Positions 32,381 through 41,291 of a stretch of DNA of 64,000 nucleotides are shown here, piece by piece. Each line of letters opens with the position of its first letter. Within the stretch, counting starts at the first letter, position 1. The stretch is from Alphaproteobacteria bacterium (GTDB taxonomy: Bacteria; Pseudomonadota; Alphaproteobacteria; GCA-2746255), in assembly GCA_965249135.1 (NCBI GenBank), contig OZ252220.1, positions 864,001-928,000 of the forward strand, read 5' to 3'. A program made the position numbers and the translations under genes. Under the pieces are notes generated by a model that made no database searches, had not been told where the DNA came from, and saw only the letters and a list, made by a program, of their open reading frames with translations.

Positions 32381-33025
32381 ATGGCTGGAAAGCACGAATC
32401 CGTCTTTGCGGCGACGGACGTCCTCCGCATGTTTCCGACGTTTGTTTGGAAGGCTGAGCTTGAACCAGAGATTCATCGAAGAATCAACAAGAGCATCATC
32501 CACAAGCTCGAACAGATAAGACGATCCGGTCCAGAGCTTGCCCCCGGTCAGGGTTGGCAGTCGGGTAACGACCTACACAAATGGAATGAATTTCGTGAGC
32601 TGGCGTCTTGTGTGAACCACGCTGTCAGGCGTGTCTTGGACTTCCTGAAGATCGGTGAGGTGGATTTTGAAATAACCGGTTGTTGGGCCAGCATGAGCCC
32701 GCCCGATGCCGCGCATGGAATGCATAACCATCCCAACAATTTCCTGAGCGGTGTCTACTACGTACAGACGAATAAGGGGGCCAATACCATCAACTTCCAT
32801 GATCCGAGGTCCCAGGCGGAAATCATCAAGCCTCCGGTAATGGGATTGACCGCCGAGAACACGGATCAGGTCGTGGTCAAGGTGAGGAACGGGACCCTTT
32901 TGATCTTCCCCTCTTGGTTGGCGCACTCGGTGGACACCAACAGGAGCGATGAAACAAGAATAAGCATCAGTTTCAACGTCATGTTTTCCGCATATGCAGA
33001 AAAGATGAGCAAGCCACTTTGGTAG
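32381..33025 (+). CDS. Putative 2OG-Fe(II) oxygenase (TIGR02466-like)
   Basis: HNHPNNFLSGVYY, FHDPR, LLIFPSWLAHSV, RISISFN. Confidence 0.85.
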   Translation: MAGKHESVFAATDVLRMFPTFVWKAELEPEIHRRINKSIIHKLEQIRRSGPELAPGQGWQSGNDLHKWNEFRELASCVNHAVRRVLDFLKIGEVDFEITGCWASMSPPDAAHGMHNHPNNFLSGVYYVQTNKGANTINFHDPRSQAEIIKPPVMGLTAENTDQVVVKVRNGTLLIFPSWLAHSVDTNRSDETRISISFNVMFSAYAEKMSKPLW

Positions 33026-33206
33026 CCGAGGCATTGTCACATTTACGACCCTGGACGTATGACGACGCTAACTTACCAGGCGTCATGCGGTGGCCGTCAC
33101 CTCCGCCCAAGCATCGAAGGCTTCGGCGTAAAACCGTCGCAAGCTGCCGCCATTCGCACCCGTAGCTCGGGCCTCATCCGGAAATCGCTGAGAGAAAAGG
33201 ACTTAG

Positions 33207-33235
33207 TGGCGAGGGGGCAGTCTCGAGCGAACCCG
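33207..33235. repeat. att-like direct repeat (partner 33955..33984)
   Basis: TGGCG-AGGGGGCAGTCTCGAGCGAACCCG vs TGGCGGAGCGGGTAGTCTTGAGCAAACCCG, 25/30. Confidence 0.55.
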
Positions 33236-33355
33236 CCTCCATAGAACCGGCCTGTAATCGACTAGGTCCTACCCTCTAACGGACGGAGATCACTTGGCTA
33301 TTTAGCCGAATTCCCTACGCGACGTGACATTCATATTGCCCGTCCCCATCATCGT

Positions 33356-33814
33356 CTAGGGGTGCTTGTCGTATGCGTCGATCTCGTCATCGGCATTCAT
33401 AAGACGGGATGCAGGATCGTCACCCGGATATTCGTCGAATTCGATGACGTTGCGATCCGGATCGCGCACAAACAATGAGTTCATATCGTTGACGGTGAAA
33501 CGCCCCGTGATCTCGATCTTGTTCTCGTTCAGGAACGCTTCGAGATCGGCCAGCGATTCGATCTTCAACGCCATGTGGTTATACCCGGCGTATTTTCGAT
33601 CGATGTCCATCAGGACATTTTCATCTTCTTGAACCGTGCTCGGGCCAAGCAGGTTCAGCACGACGCCTGATGCATGGCGCATAATAATCGGATGGCCTTT
33701 CTCAAAACCGGCGTCGAAGATCAGTTTAAACCCGAACTTTTCGTAGAAATCGGTCGCGCGCTGTTTCTCTTTCACGCGGATACCGATGTGATCGATTTTC
33801 TGTATGGCCACCAT
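33356..33814 (-). CDS. VOC/glyoxalase family protein
   Basis: IDHIGIRV..FYEKFGF, YNHMAL, FVRDPDRNVIEF. Confidence 0.88.
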   Translation of the reverse strand: MVAIQKIDHIGIRVKEKQRATDFYEKFGFKLIFDAGFEKGHPIIMRHASGVVLNLLGPSTVQEDENVLMDIDRKYAGYNHMALKIESLADLEAFLNENKIEITGRFTVNDMNSLFVRDPDRNVIEFDEYPGDDPASRLMNADDEIDAYDKHP

Positions 33815-34085
33815 GGCAGCTCTCCTTATATAAGAACGACCCCATTCTCCCGGCCCGGCTTGTGACGCGACTGGGCGCAAAGGCCCGCAGACTGCCGGGA
33901 ATTATGCCGGCAAACTAAATCCCGACTAGAGATTTCATGAACTCAAAGACGTGTTGGCGGAGCGGGTAGTCTTGAGCAAACCCGTTTTTCGCGCCCAAAT
34001 TCGCTGTTAAACAGCGAAAAACAGGGAATTTTCTGCCGGGACAGGGCGGCTGGAAAACTTTCCGCGACTCCCCCAAAGAAAAACA

Positions 34086-34101
34086 TTGACCGACCGATCT
34101 A
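34086..34101. promoter_or_regulatory. Putative TetR operator overlapping -35 of tetR gene
   Basis: TTGACCGACCGATCTA, an imperfect TAGACC-N4-GGTCTA-type palindrome. Confidence 0.55.
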
Positions 34102-34120
34102 AGTATGGGATACCTCCCCC

Positions 34121-34711
34121 ATGAGCCGAGGACCAGACAAACAGTTCGACCCGCCCGAGGTCCTGGAAAAGGCCATGGAACTCTTCTGGGCGAAAGGATA
34201 CGCAGCCACGGGGTTGGCTGAACTACAGGAGCAGATGGGCATCGGCAGAAAGAGCCTTTACGACACGTTCGGAAACAAACGCCAGCTTTTCATCAAGGCC
34301 CTGCAGCATTACTCGGATAGCGTGGTACGTCGGATGTTCAATGAGCTTAAAAAAGAAGGATCACCCCTTGGCAATGTTCGCCGTTTTATGCGGGCACTTC
34401 AGGAGCAGCATTCCATGCCGGTGAGCAACGGCTGCCTATTCGGCGTGAGCATGGCCCAATTCCGCACCGATGATCCGGAGATCGCCGAAGTGCTGCGCCG
34501 CCACTTAAAAAGCATCGAAGAAGCCTTCTACAGGACGTTCAAGCGCGCCCAGGATGTGAGCGAGTTGGACGAAAATACGAACGTCCGGGACTTAGCCCGG
34601 CTCTATATGGGAATCGCTCAGGGCCTGGCCCTGATCGGACGGGTGCAGGATACCCCGGCGGTGCCGCGCAGCATCGTGAACGCCGCATTAGCGACGCTGG
34701 AGACGGCTTGA
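34121..34711 (+). CDS. TetR/AcrR family regulator (NemR/ComR-like)
   Basis: AMELFWAKGYAATG..MGIGRKSLYDTFGNKRQLF HTH, GCLF motif. Confidence 0.92.
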   Translation: MSRGPDKQFDPPEVLEKAMELFWAKGYAATGLAELQEQMGIGRKSLYDTFGNKRQLFIKALQHYSDSVVRRMFNELKKEGSPLGNVRRFMRALQEQHSMPVSNGCLFGVSMAQFRTDDPEIAEVLRRHLKSIEEAFYRTFKRAQDVSELDENTNVRDLARLYMGIAQGLALIGRVQDTPAVPRSIVNAALATLETA

Positions 34712-34729
34712 TATTTTTTTATCTAAACA

Positions 34730-34745
34730 TAGACCGATTGGTCAA
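34730..34745. promoter_or_regulatory. Putative TetR operator upstream of SDR gene
   Basis: TAGACCGATTGGTCAA palindrome. Confidence 0.6.
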
Positions 34746-34762
34746 GGAAAAGGAGAAAGACC

Positions 34763-35512
34763 ATGCGCAAGTTGAACAACAAAGTTGCAGTCGTTACCGG
34801 AGGAAGCAGTGGCATAGGCTTGGCCACCGCCCAGCGGTTCATCGCCGACGGGGCTGAAGTCGTCATCACGGGTCGCAACCAGGAAGCCCTGGATGCCGCC
34901 GTCGCCGAACTCGGCGACCGGGCTACGGGCATCCAAGGTGACGTTGCGAATCTCAAAGATTTGGACCGTTTGTACGCTCAAGTGAAGGAGCGGTTCGGCC
35001 GTGTGGACGTGCTCTTTGCGAACGCGGGCATCGCACCGTTTGTCCCATTCAAGGCGGTGACGGAAGAACACTTCGACGATCTGTTCAACATCAACGTCCG
35101 AGGCCTCTTCTTCACGGTTCAAAAGGCCCTGCCACTTCTCGCCGAAGGTGCGTCGGTCGTTCTCAACGCCACCGTCCTTGCGCAGATCGGGCTACCGAAC
35201 ACGAGCGTTTATTCGGCATCGAAAGCAGCGGTTCGTTCGCTGGGCCGCACGCTTGCAGCCGAACTCTCGCCTCGCGGCATCCGTGTCAACGTCGTCAGCC
35301 CAGGGCTCATCGAAACGCCACTCGTCGGCAAGCTCGGTCTGAGCGAGGACGAAGTTGCCGCCCTTGCCGGGCAGATCGTTCAACAGACCCCGCTCGCCCG
35401 CCCGGGTAGACCCGAGGAAATCGCTGCAACCGTGGCCTTTCTCGCCTCCGACGATGCGAGCTACTTCACCGGCGCCGAGTTCGTTGCCGACGGCGGACTG
35501 TCCCATGTCTAG
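34763..35512 (+). CDS. SDR family oxidoreductase
   Basis: TGGSSGIG, FANAG, YSASK, NVVSPG. Confidence 0.93.
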   Translation: MRKLNNKVAVVTGGSSGIGLATAQRFIADGAEVVITGRNQEALDAAVAELGDRATGIQGDVANLKDLDRLYAQVKERFGRVDVLFANAGIAPFVPFKAVTEEHFDDLFNINVRGLFFTVQKALPLLAEGASVVLNATVLAQIGLPNTSVYSASKAAVRSLGRTLAAELSPRGIRVNVVSPGLIETPLVGKLGLSEDEVAALAGQIVQQTPLARPGRPEEIAATVAFLASDDASYFTGAEFVADGGLSHV

Positions 35513-35543
35513 ACCCGATAACACATCACAAGGAGTAAGACCC

Positions 35544-35918
35544 ATGACGAATACTCAAGCAAACGCGAACGATCATGACGCGATCATAAAAACCCTCCAG
35601 CCCTACATCGATGGTGCCAGGTCCGGCAAAGGCGACGACATGAAACCCGCCTTTCACGAGGACGCGACGGTCTTCGGTTATGTCGGAGACGACCTTTTCG
35701 CCGGGCCCATCGAGAAGCTTTATGCCTGGAACGATGAAAATGGACCGGCAGCCGGGCTTCATGCGCGGATCGCCGACATCGACATCGTCGGAACGGTTGC
35801 CACCGTGCGGCTCGAACTCGACGACTGGACCGGTTACCGGTTCACCGATTTGTTCACGCTGCTCAAAGTCGATGGCGCGTGGAAGATCATGAACAAGGTC
35901 TTCCATCTGCATTCCTGA
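35544..35918 (+). CDS. NTF2-like/putative lumazine-binding protein
   Basis: RBS AGGAG then MTNTQ; YIDG..AFHEDA..FTDLFTLLKVDGAWKIMNKVFH. Confidence 0.8.
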   Translation: MTNTQANANDHDAIIKTLQPYIDGARSGKGDDMKPAFHEDATVFGYVGDDLFAGPIEKLYAWNDENGPAAGLHARIADIDIVGTVATVRLELDDWTGYRFTDLFTLLKVDGAWKIMNKVFHLHS

Positions 35919-35937
35919 CGGAGCAAGGAGCAAGGCT

Positions 35938-36806
35938 ATGAACCAGATTCTTTCCACCACGTCGTCGACGCTGAGCACGCCGCAATCCATTGTGGAGACA
36001 CGCGCGGCGTTGTCCTTCATTCGCCCGCAGGACACGAAACCGGTGTTCCTGAGCGCCGCGCTGACGGGCGGCGCCGCGCAAGTCTTCTTCGAGGCAGACG
36101 AGCATACGGTCCCGATCGGCGATATGCGGGAGATCGCAGACACGCTGTCCATCGACCGTGAAGGGTTCGAGCTGCTGCGCCATCCGACCGCCGTTCGGGA
36201 CCTCTACGACGATGCCGCGGTGAACAGCCGGTACTACCCGGAAATCGAGGCGCTTCTGCGCCAACGGTTCGACGCCGACCGGGTCGTGATTTTCGACGCA
36301 ACCCGGCGCTCCGATGGCGACGCAGGGGCTGCAAACCGCGACGGTCTGCGCGGCCCAGCCAAGCGCGTACATGTGGACTACACCGTAAAAAGCGGCCCCC
36401 ACGCATGAAGGACGCGCTTGGCCAAGTCGAGGCGGCACGCCTTGCCGCGTCCGGCGCACGGATCATCCAGGTCAATGTCTGGCGACCGATCCACGGCCCC
36501 GTCGCGCGTGCGCCGCTAGCCCTTGCCGATGCATCCACCATACGGCCGGAGGAATTAATCGCGACCGATCAGGTGTTCCCCGACCGCATCGGCAAAATCT
36601 ACCACCTCGCCCATGCGCCGTCCCAGCGCTGGTACTTCGCGCCGCGCATGACTAGGGACGAGGTTCTGCTGATCAAGGGTTGGGACAGCCTCGATGACGG
36701 CCGCGCGCGCTTCACCCCGCACGGCGCGTTCGAACTCCCCGACACGGCCAAAACCGCGGCCCCGCGCGAGAGCATCGAGCTGCGCAGCTTCGTGATCGTC
36801 GAATAG
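35938..36806 (+). pseudogene. CmcJ/NvfI (AsaB-like) oxidoreductase, frameshifted near 36400
   Basis: LSIDREGFEL, YYPEIE, VHVDYT in frame 1; QVNVWRPI, PLALADA, WYFAPRM, FTPHGAF, RESIELR in frame 2. Confidence 0.8.
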
Positions 36807-36831
36807 GGGTGTTTTTTTTAAGCGTGGCCCG

Positions 36832-37017
36832 CTACTTCCTGAAAAACCGTTCGACGTCTTTGCCGTGGGATTGCTTCGCGGCGATCGCTCGCCGAACCCG
36901 CGCGATTTCCGCTTCCAGTTCCGCGATGTAATCCTTCAGCTCCTCTATCCCCATCGGGGTGAGGTCTTTACGCTTAGGTTTCGCCTTCTGCGGCAAATTT
37001 TCGTCGTCGACGTCCAT
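36832..37017 (-). CDS. DUF1192 family protein
   Basis: DLTPMGIEELKDYIAELEAEIAR..FFRK; divergent from quinone oxidoreductase. Confidence 0.85.
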   Translation of the reverse strand: MDVDDENLPQKAKPKRKDLTPMGIEELKDYIAELEAEIARVRRAIAAKQSHGKDVERFFRK

Positions 37018-37125
37018 TTTTGCTTCCGCCGAATCGGGCCTTGCCTTACTTGCGCGTTCCGAGCGACGATCCTACACCACCCGGCCCGGTCCCGACACTT
37101 GGAACGCAAAAGTGAAGCTACGAAC

Positions 37126-38127
37126 ATGTCCCTTCCCACGCCCTCAAAGATGGCCGCGATCGAAATTACCGGGCCCGGCGGCCCGCAGATGCTTGCGCTC
37201 GTCACAAGGTGCGTGCCGGAGCCGGGCCCCGGCGAAGTCCTGGTGAAAATTGCCGCGGCCGGCGTCAATCGCCCGGACATCATGCAACGCGAAGGCGCCT
37301 ATCCGCCGCCGAAAGGTGCTTCCGACCTTCCGGGCCTCGAGGTCGCAGGGCAGGTTGTGGCGTTGGGCCCGGACGTGACGGAACTCAAATCCGGCCAAGA
37401 GGTCACCGCCCTTCTCGCCGGCGGCGGCTATGCGGAATATTGCGTGGCGTCTGCGCCGCTCGCACTTCCCATGCCCCGAGGACTTAACATGGTCGAGGCG
37501 GCCTGCATTCCGGAAACCTTTGCCACGGTCTGGACAAACGTCTTCGAGCGCGCAAACTTAAAGTCCGGCGAGACCCTCCTCGTCCATGGCGGAACCAGCG
37601 GTATCGGCACCACGGCGATCCAGCTTGCCAAGGCCTTCGGCGCCACCGTGCTGACGACGGCGGGGAGCGATGCGAAATGCGCCTTCTGTGAAGAGCTCGG
37701 CGCGGACCTTGCGGTTCCTTACCAGGCGGACGACTTCGTCGCCGCCGTCAAGGCCTTCACCTCGGGGCGCGGCGTCGACGTGATCCTGGATATGGTCGGC
37801 GGCGACTACATCCAGCGCAACCTCGATTGCCTGGGCACGGAAGGCCGCCTCGTCCAGATCGCTTATCTCAAGGGCGCCAAGGTGGAACTGAACCTCACAC
37901 GCCTTCTCTTGAAGCGGCTGACCCTTGCCGGTTCCGTGCTGCGCTCGCGCAGCGTGGACGAGAAGGCGCGCATCCTGGCGGGACTCTTTGAGCACGTCTG
38001 GCCGCTGCTTGAGGAAAAGCGCGTGAAGCCGATCCTCGATTCGACCTATCCGCTGAAAGATGCCGCCGAAGCCCACCGGCGCATGGAAACCAGCCAGCAC
38101 ATCGGCAAGATCGTGCTGGTTCCTTGA
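37126..38127 (+). CDS. NAD(P)H-quinone oxidoreductase (PIG3 family)
   Basis: AAGVNRPD..YPPPKGAS..PGLE, HGGTSGIG, HIGKIVL. Confidence 0.92.
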   Translation: MSLPTPSKMAAIEITGPGGPQMLALVTRCVPEPGPGEVLVKIAAAGVNRPDIMQREGAYPPPKGASDLPGLEVAGQVVALGPDVTELKSGQEVTALLAGGGYAEYCVASAPLALPMPRGLNMVEAACIPETFATVWTNVFERANLKSGETLLVHGGTSGIGTTAIQLAKAFGATVLTTAGSDAKCAFCEELGADLAVPYQADDFVAAVKAFTSGRGVDVILDMVGGDYIQRNLDCLGTEGRLVQIAYLKGAKVELNLTRLLLKRLTLAGSVLRSRSVDEKARILAGLFEHVWPLLEEKRVKPILDSTYPLKDAAEAHRRMETSQHIGKIVLVP

Positions 38128-38202
38128 AGCAGTGGCCGATGGGCCGCGGGTCCCTTTGACGAAGGCCCCCTTGGTGCCAGGAGGGGACCTTGAGGCTGCC
38201 GG

Positions 38203-38592
38203 TCAGCTTAATACGGTCGGTGACCGTTCGCCCGAAACGAACCGGATAACATCGACAACATCGATGACCAGCGAGACGGAGTTTAAAAGCACCAGCGACG
38301 CCAGCCAGATGCCGAAGGGACTGTCCACGCCAACCTCGCCTAATCGAAAGCCGAACCAGATCACAAGCGGTATCCAAAAGATGTGACCCAGCCCAAGCAA
38401 TCGTACGAAGCCGAGCCTTGAGTGAAGTGTGGATTGCACGATAGCACCGGCAAAAAATGCGGCGATTGCAAGTTGTGCCTCTAATGTCTGGATATAAAAC
38501 AGCGGCACGACGAAATTTACCGCCACCAAAAGCATTATCTAGGCGACCCATGGAGCGGGCATTTTCAATATGGACTTCATCCATCCAATCAT
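38203..38592 (-). pseudogene. Small membrane protein with in-frame TAG at codon 18
   Basis: MIGWMKSILKMPAPWVA-TAG-IMLLVAVNF.. continuing as 4 hydrophobic segments; TAG at 38539..38541, probably from TGG. Confidence 0.65.
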
Positions 38593-38640
38593 AATTTCTG
38601 ACCTTCTTGATCGAACCTTCGGCTAGGATATTCCCAGCCC

Positions 38641-39132
38641 TCAAACCCCGGCAGGTTTCGGCAGGGTGTAGTTGAGTTCGCCGATGATCGCATCCAGCGA
38701 GCCTTCCTTCTTTTCCGCGGCTTCCATCTCCAGCCACCACAACACGACGGCCTCGTGGGTGACCATCGCCTTTAGCATCGCTTGGTCCTCAGGCAGTGCA
38801 ATCGCCTCGATTTCCTGAAACCGCACATGGAAGCCTTCGACGACCGGGACGATGATCCGCATGAATGCCGGCCAGGCGCTTTGCTGGTAAGCCGCGACGA
38901 AGCCCTGAACGTCGCTCAAGTCCATGCGCTCCGAGAGATCGATGCCGTACTTGCTTAAGAAAGGCCGCAGCCGCGCCTTTGTTTTGGTCTCCAACTGCAG
39001 CAGTGTTCCGAAGTGGTAACGCTCGCGATCGTTCTTCGCGACATCGAGGAGCGCAAGAAAGCTCGCCTCGCCGAGGATCTCGGTTTCGTAAAGTTCCCGA
39101 ATGCACTGAGGGTATGCCACCTCACCCATCAT
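38641..39132 (-). CDS. Hypothetical helical protein (possibly ferritin-like)
   Basis: RBS AAGGAG before MMGEVAY; E-x2-GE, LQLETKT, MVTHE pattern. Confidence 0.6.
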   Translation of the reverse strand: MMGEVAYPQCIRELYETEILGEASFLALLDVAKNDRERYHFGTLLQLETKTKARLRPFLSKYGIDLSERMDLSDVQGFVAAYQQSAWPAFMRIIVPVVEGFHVRFQEIEAIALPEDQAMLKAMVTHEAVVLWWLEMEAAEKKEGSLDAIIGELNYTLPKPAGV

Positions 39133-39343
39133 CCACTCCTTAAGGAGGGATACCCCATACCCTAATCCAGCCTTTCGCCGGTTGCGAGCGGCCGGCGCAG
39201 ATCTCCCCTTAAAGCGCCCACCGGTGCCTAGAAACCAGCCAACGCATCGGAAAAATCGCGCCGATTCCTTGAGACAGAAGACGCGGGACCGCCTGACGAT
39301 GGTCCGCTTGGCGCCGGAAAGCGACATCGGGTGTCCGGACAAA

Positions 39344-39437
39344 CCGGCTCCATCGCCTAGGACGTCAGCCGTTGACCCAACGCCCGTAACCCGGCTCCAT
39401 CGCCTAGGACGTCAGCCGTTGACCCAACGCCCGTAAC
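39344..39437. repeat. Perfect 47-bp tandem duplication spanning the MBL gene stop
   Basis: CCGGCTCCATCGCCTAGGACGTCAGCCGTTGACCCAACGCCCGTAAC x2. Confidence 0.95.
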
Positions 39438-40138
39438 AGAGCCGCCCCATCGCCGCGCCAAGCCGCCCCGTGCATGCAGGCCAGAATTTCTGGCTCGTGT
39501 CCGGCAAGCTTGTCGATGAGTGTGGCGCAATGTTTCGTGTGGGAATAGTAATCAAAAACCGTACGCGTCCGTTCGCTGGGTTCCAGTATGTCCTTCTCGG
39601 TGACCGCCGGATGTTCGGCGCCGAGCTGGGTGAAGAGGTCGCCGCAGAAGAGCGTGCGGGTCTCACTTTCATAGAGGTGCCCGCATTCCCAACTGCGCGG
39701 CAAATGAGGCGTCGTAATCCATGTGACGTGGTGGCCGCCGAGTCCCAGGGTCTCGCCGTCAGCCATCGCACGCGGCGGCCGGTCGGCCAAATCGCCGACC
39801 GAGACTATGGCGGCAACATCGCCGCATAGGGGCTCGGCATGGGGAGCGACTTCCAAAAAGTCGTTGAGGGCACCGCACTCGTCGGTTTCGACGTGGGAAA
39901 ATCCGACATAGCGCAGCTTGTCCACCGGCATGACGGAGGCAATCGCCTGATAGGTGAGCGGAAACATTTGCCGCAGACCCGTATGATAGAGGAGCGGATG
40001 ATCGTCGACGATCAGGTATTGATTGAAAGTGAAACCCCCCGGCAGGTCGTCGCTGGGCGGCACCGGTGTGCTGATGCGGTGAATGCCGTCGGCAATTTCA
40101 TCGACGGCGGTGCCGGATTCCTGGTTGATGACAGGCAT
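39404..40138 (-). CDS. MBL-fold protein (FprA/ODP-like)
   Basis: FTFNQYLIVDD.PLLYHTG, FSHVETDECG, LFCGDLF, ACMHG; RBS AAGGAG before ATG 40138. Confidence 0.85.
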   Translation of the reverse strand: MPVINQESGTAVDEIADGIHRISTPVPPSDDLPGGFTFNQYLIVDDHPLLYHTGLRQMFPLTYQAIASVMPVDKLRYVGFSHVETDECGALNDFLEVAPHAEPLCGDVAAIVSVGDLADRPPRAMADGETLGLGGHHVTWITTPHLPRSWECGHLYESETRTLFCGDLFTQLGAEHPAVTEKDILEPSERTRTVFDYYSHTKHCATLIDKLAGHEPEILACMHGAAWRGDGAALLRALGQRLTS

Positions 40139-40196
40139 GGTCTGCTCCTTCGGATCGGCCTGGAGCTTCAGCATAACATTCACCCGCCACGCATAA

Positions 40197-40220
40197 CCCC
40201 CCCCCCCCCCGCCCCCCCCC
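40197..40220. repeat. Homopolymer tract C14-G-C9
   Basis: Directly visible, intergenic. Confidence 0.95.
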
Positions 40221-40309
40221 TCGATCGGGGCTTTGATTTCCGCTCTCCGCGCGCTATAGCGGGCCATACGGAGAAGCCAAATTCCTTGCCTAGAGGCTTT
40301 GATTTCCGT

Positions 40310-40318
40310 TTATCCACA
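40310..40318 (+). promoter_or_regulatory. Consensus DnaA box in putative trcR promoter
   Basis: TTATCCACA between TTGATT and CTATAG hexamers. Confidence 0.55.
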
Positions 40319-40419
40319 CGCTATAGTAGATAAAGTCGTTTCCAAACAATGGATTGTTGATCCCTAAGACCACGCGCCTAGCGCCGGGTCGGCCTTATAG
40401 GAATGATTCCGGAGGAAGT

Positions 40420-41277
40420 ATGCCGAAACCCCTGATGCCCAAGGCGACGGCCGTTTGGCTGATCGACAACACGACGCTCACCTTCGAGCAGATCGGCGAT
40501 CTTTGCGAACTGCACAGCCTCGAGGTGCAGGGCATCGCCGATGAAGAAGTGGCGGTCGGCATCGTCGGCGCGAGCCCGATCGAGACCGGCGAGTTGACGC
40601 AAGCCGAGATCGCGCGCTGCCAGAACGATCCGTCCGTCCGCCTTGTGATGGCGAAGGGGGAATTGCCGGTGCCGGTCGCGCGCTCCAAGGGCCCGCGTTA
40701 TACGCCGGTCTCGAAACGTCAGGATCGCCCGGACGCCATCGCCTGGCTGCTCACCCAGCATCCCGAGCTTGGCGATGCACAGATCTCCAGGCTGGTCGGC
40801 ACGACGAAGCCGACGATCAATGCGATCCGCGAACGGGACCACTGGAACATGCAGAACCTGAAACCCCAAAGCCCGGTGAAGCTTGGCCTCTGCAGCCAGG
40901 CGGAGCTGGCCAGCGACCTCGCCAAGGCCGAACGCGCGGCGGCCCGGCGGGCCAAGCGCGAGGCGAAAGCTGCGGCTGCCGCCGCAAAGGCGGCGGGCGA
41001 ACCGGCAGCCGGCGAGGTCCCCGTCGCGGAAGCCGCGACCTTAGGCCCACGCGTCGCGGAAGCCGCGACCTTAGGCCCAGGTGAAAGTGAAAGCCCGGAT
41101 TCGGTCTCGCCCGCGCCCGAAACGCCGCCGGCGCTGCCCAGCAAATGGTATGTGCCTCTCCCCGCTACAAGCCCAGGTGAAGAGGCCAAAACGCCCGTCG
41201 AAGCGGAGCCCGCGCAGGCGGCGAGCGAAGAAGAGGCCCCCCACGAAGAAAAGGAGCGCACCGAAGAAAACGGCTAA
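40420..41277 (+). CDS. trcR: DUF1013 family cell-cycle transcription factor TrcR
   Basis: PLMPKATAVWLIDNTTLTFEQI, YTPVSKRQDRPDAIAWL, VGTTKPTI..IRERDHWN. Confidence 0.9.
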   Translation: MPKPLMPKATAVWLIDNTTLTFEQIGDLCELHSLEVQGIADEEVAVGIVGASPIETGELTQAEIARCQNDPSVRLVMAKGELPVPVARSKGPRYTPVSKRQDRPDAIAWLLTQHPELGDAQISRLVGTTKPTINAIRERDHWNMQNLKPQSPVKLGLCSQAELASDLAKAERAAARRAKREAKAAAAAAKAAGEPAAGEVPVAEAATLGPRVAEAATLGPGESESPDSVSPAPETPPALPSKWYVPLPATSPGEEAKTPVEAEPAQAASEEEAPHEEKERTEENG

Positions 41278-41291
41278 GGCAACGCCGGCGC

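Noticed and set aside
33207-33240. Possible tRNA gene on the minus strand
   Set aside because: Only a 3'-end-like motif; no cloverleaf or anticodon arm can be formed.
33897-33915. GGGAATTATG matching the first 10 nt of the IS1595 TIR
   Set aside because: Similarity stops after 10 nt and no partner end or TSD was found; probably chance.
38539-38541. Amber read-through or recoding in the membrane-protein gene
   Set aside because: TAG is a frequent true stop in this genome; a TGG to TAG nonsense change is simpler.
39344-39437. Possible CRISPR array (also the repeats at 19913 and 52081)
   Set aside because: Head-to-tail duplications without spacers and no cas genes.
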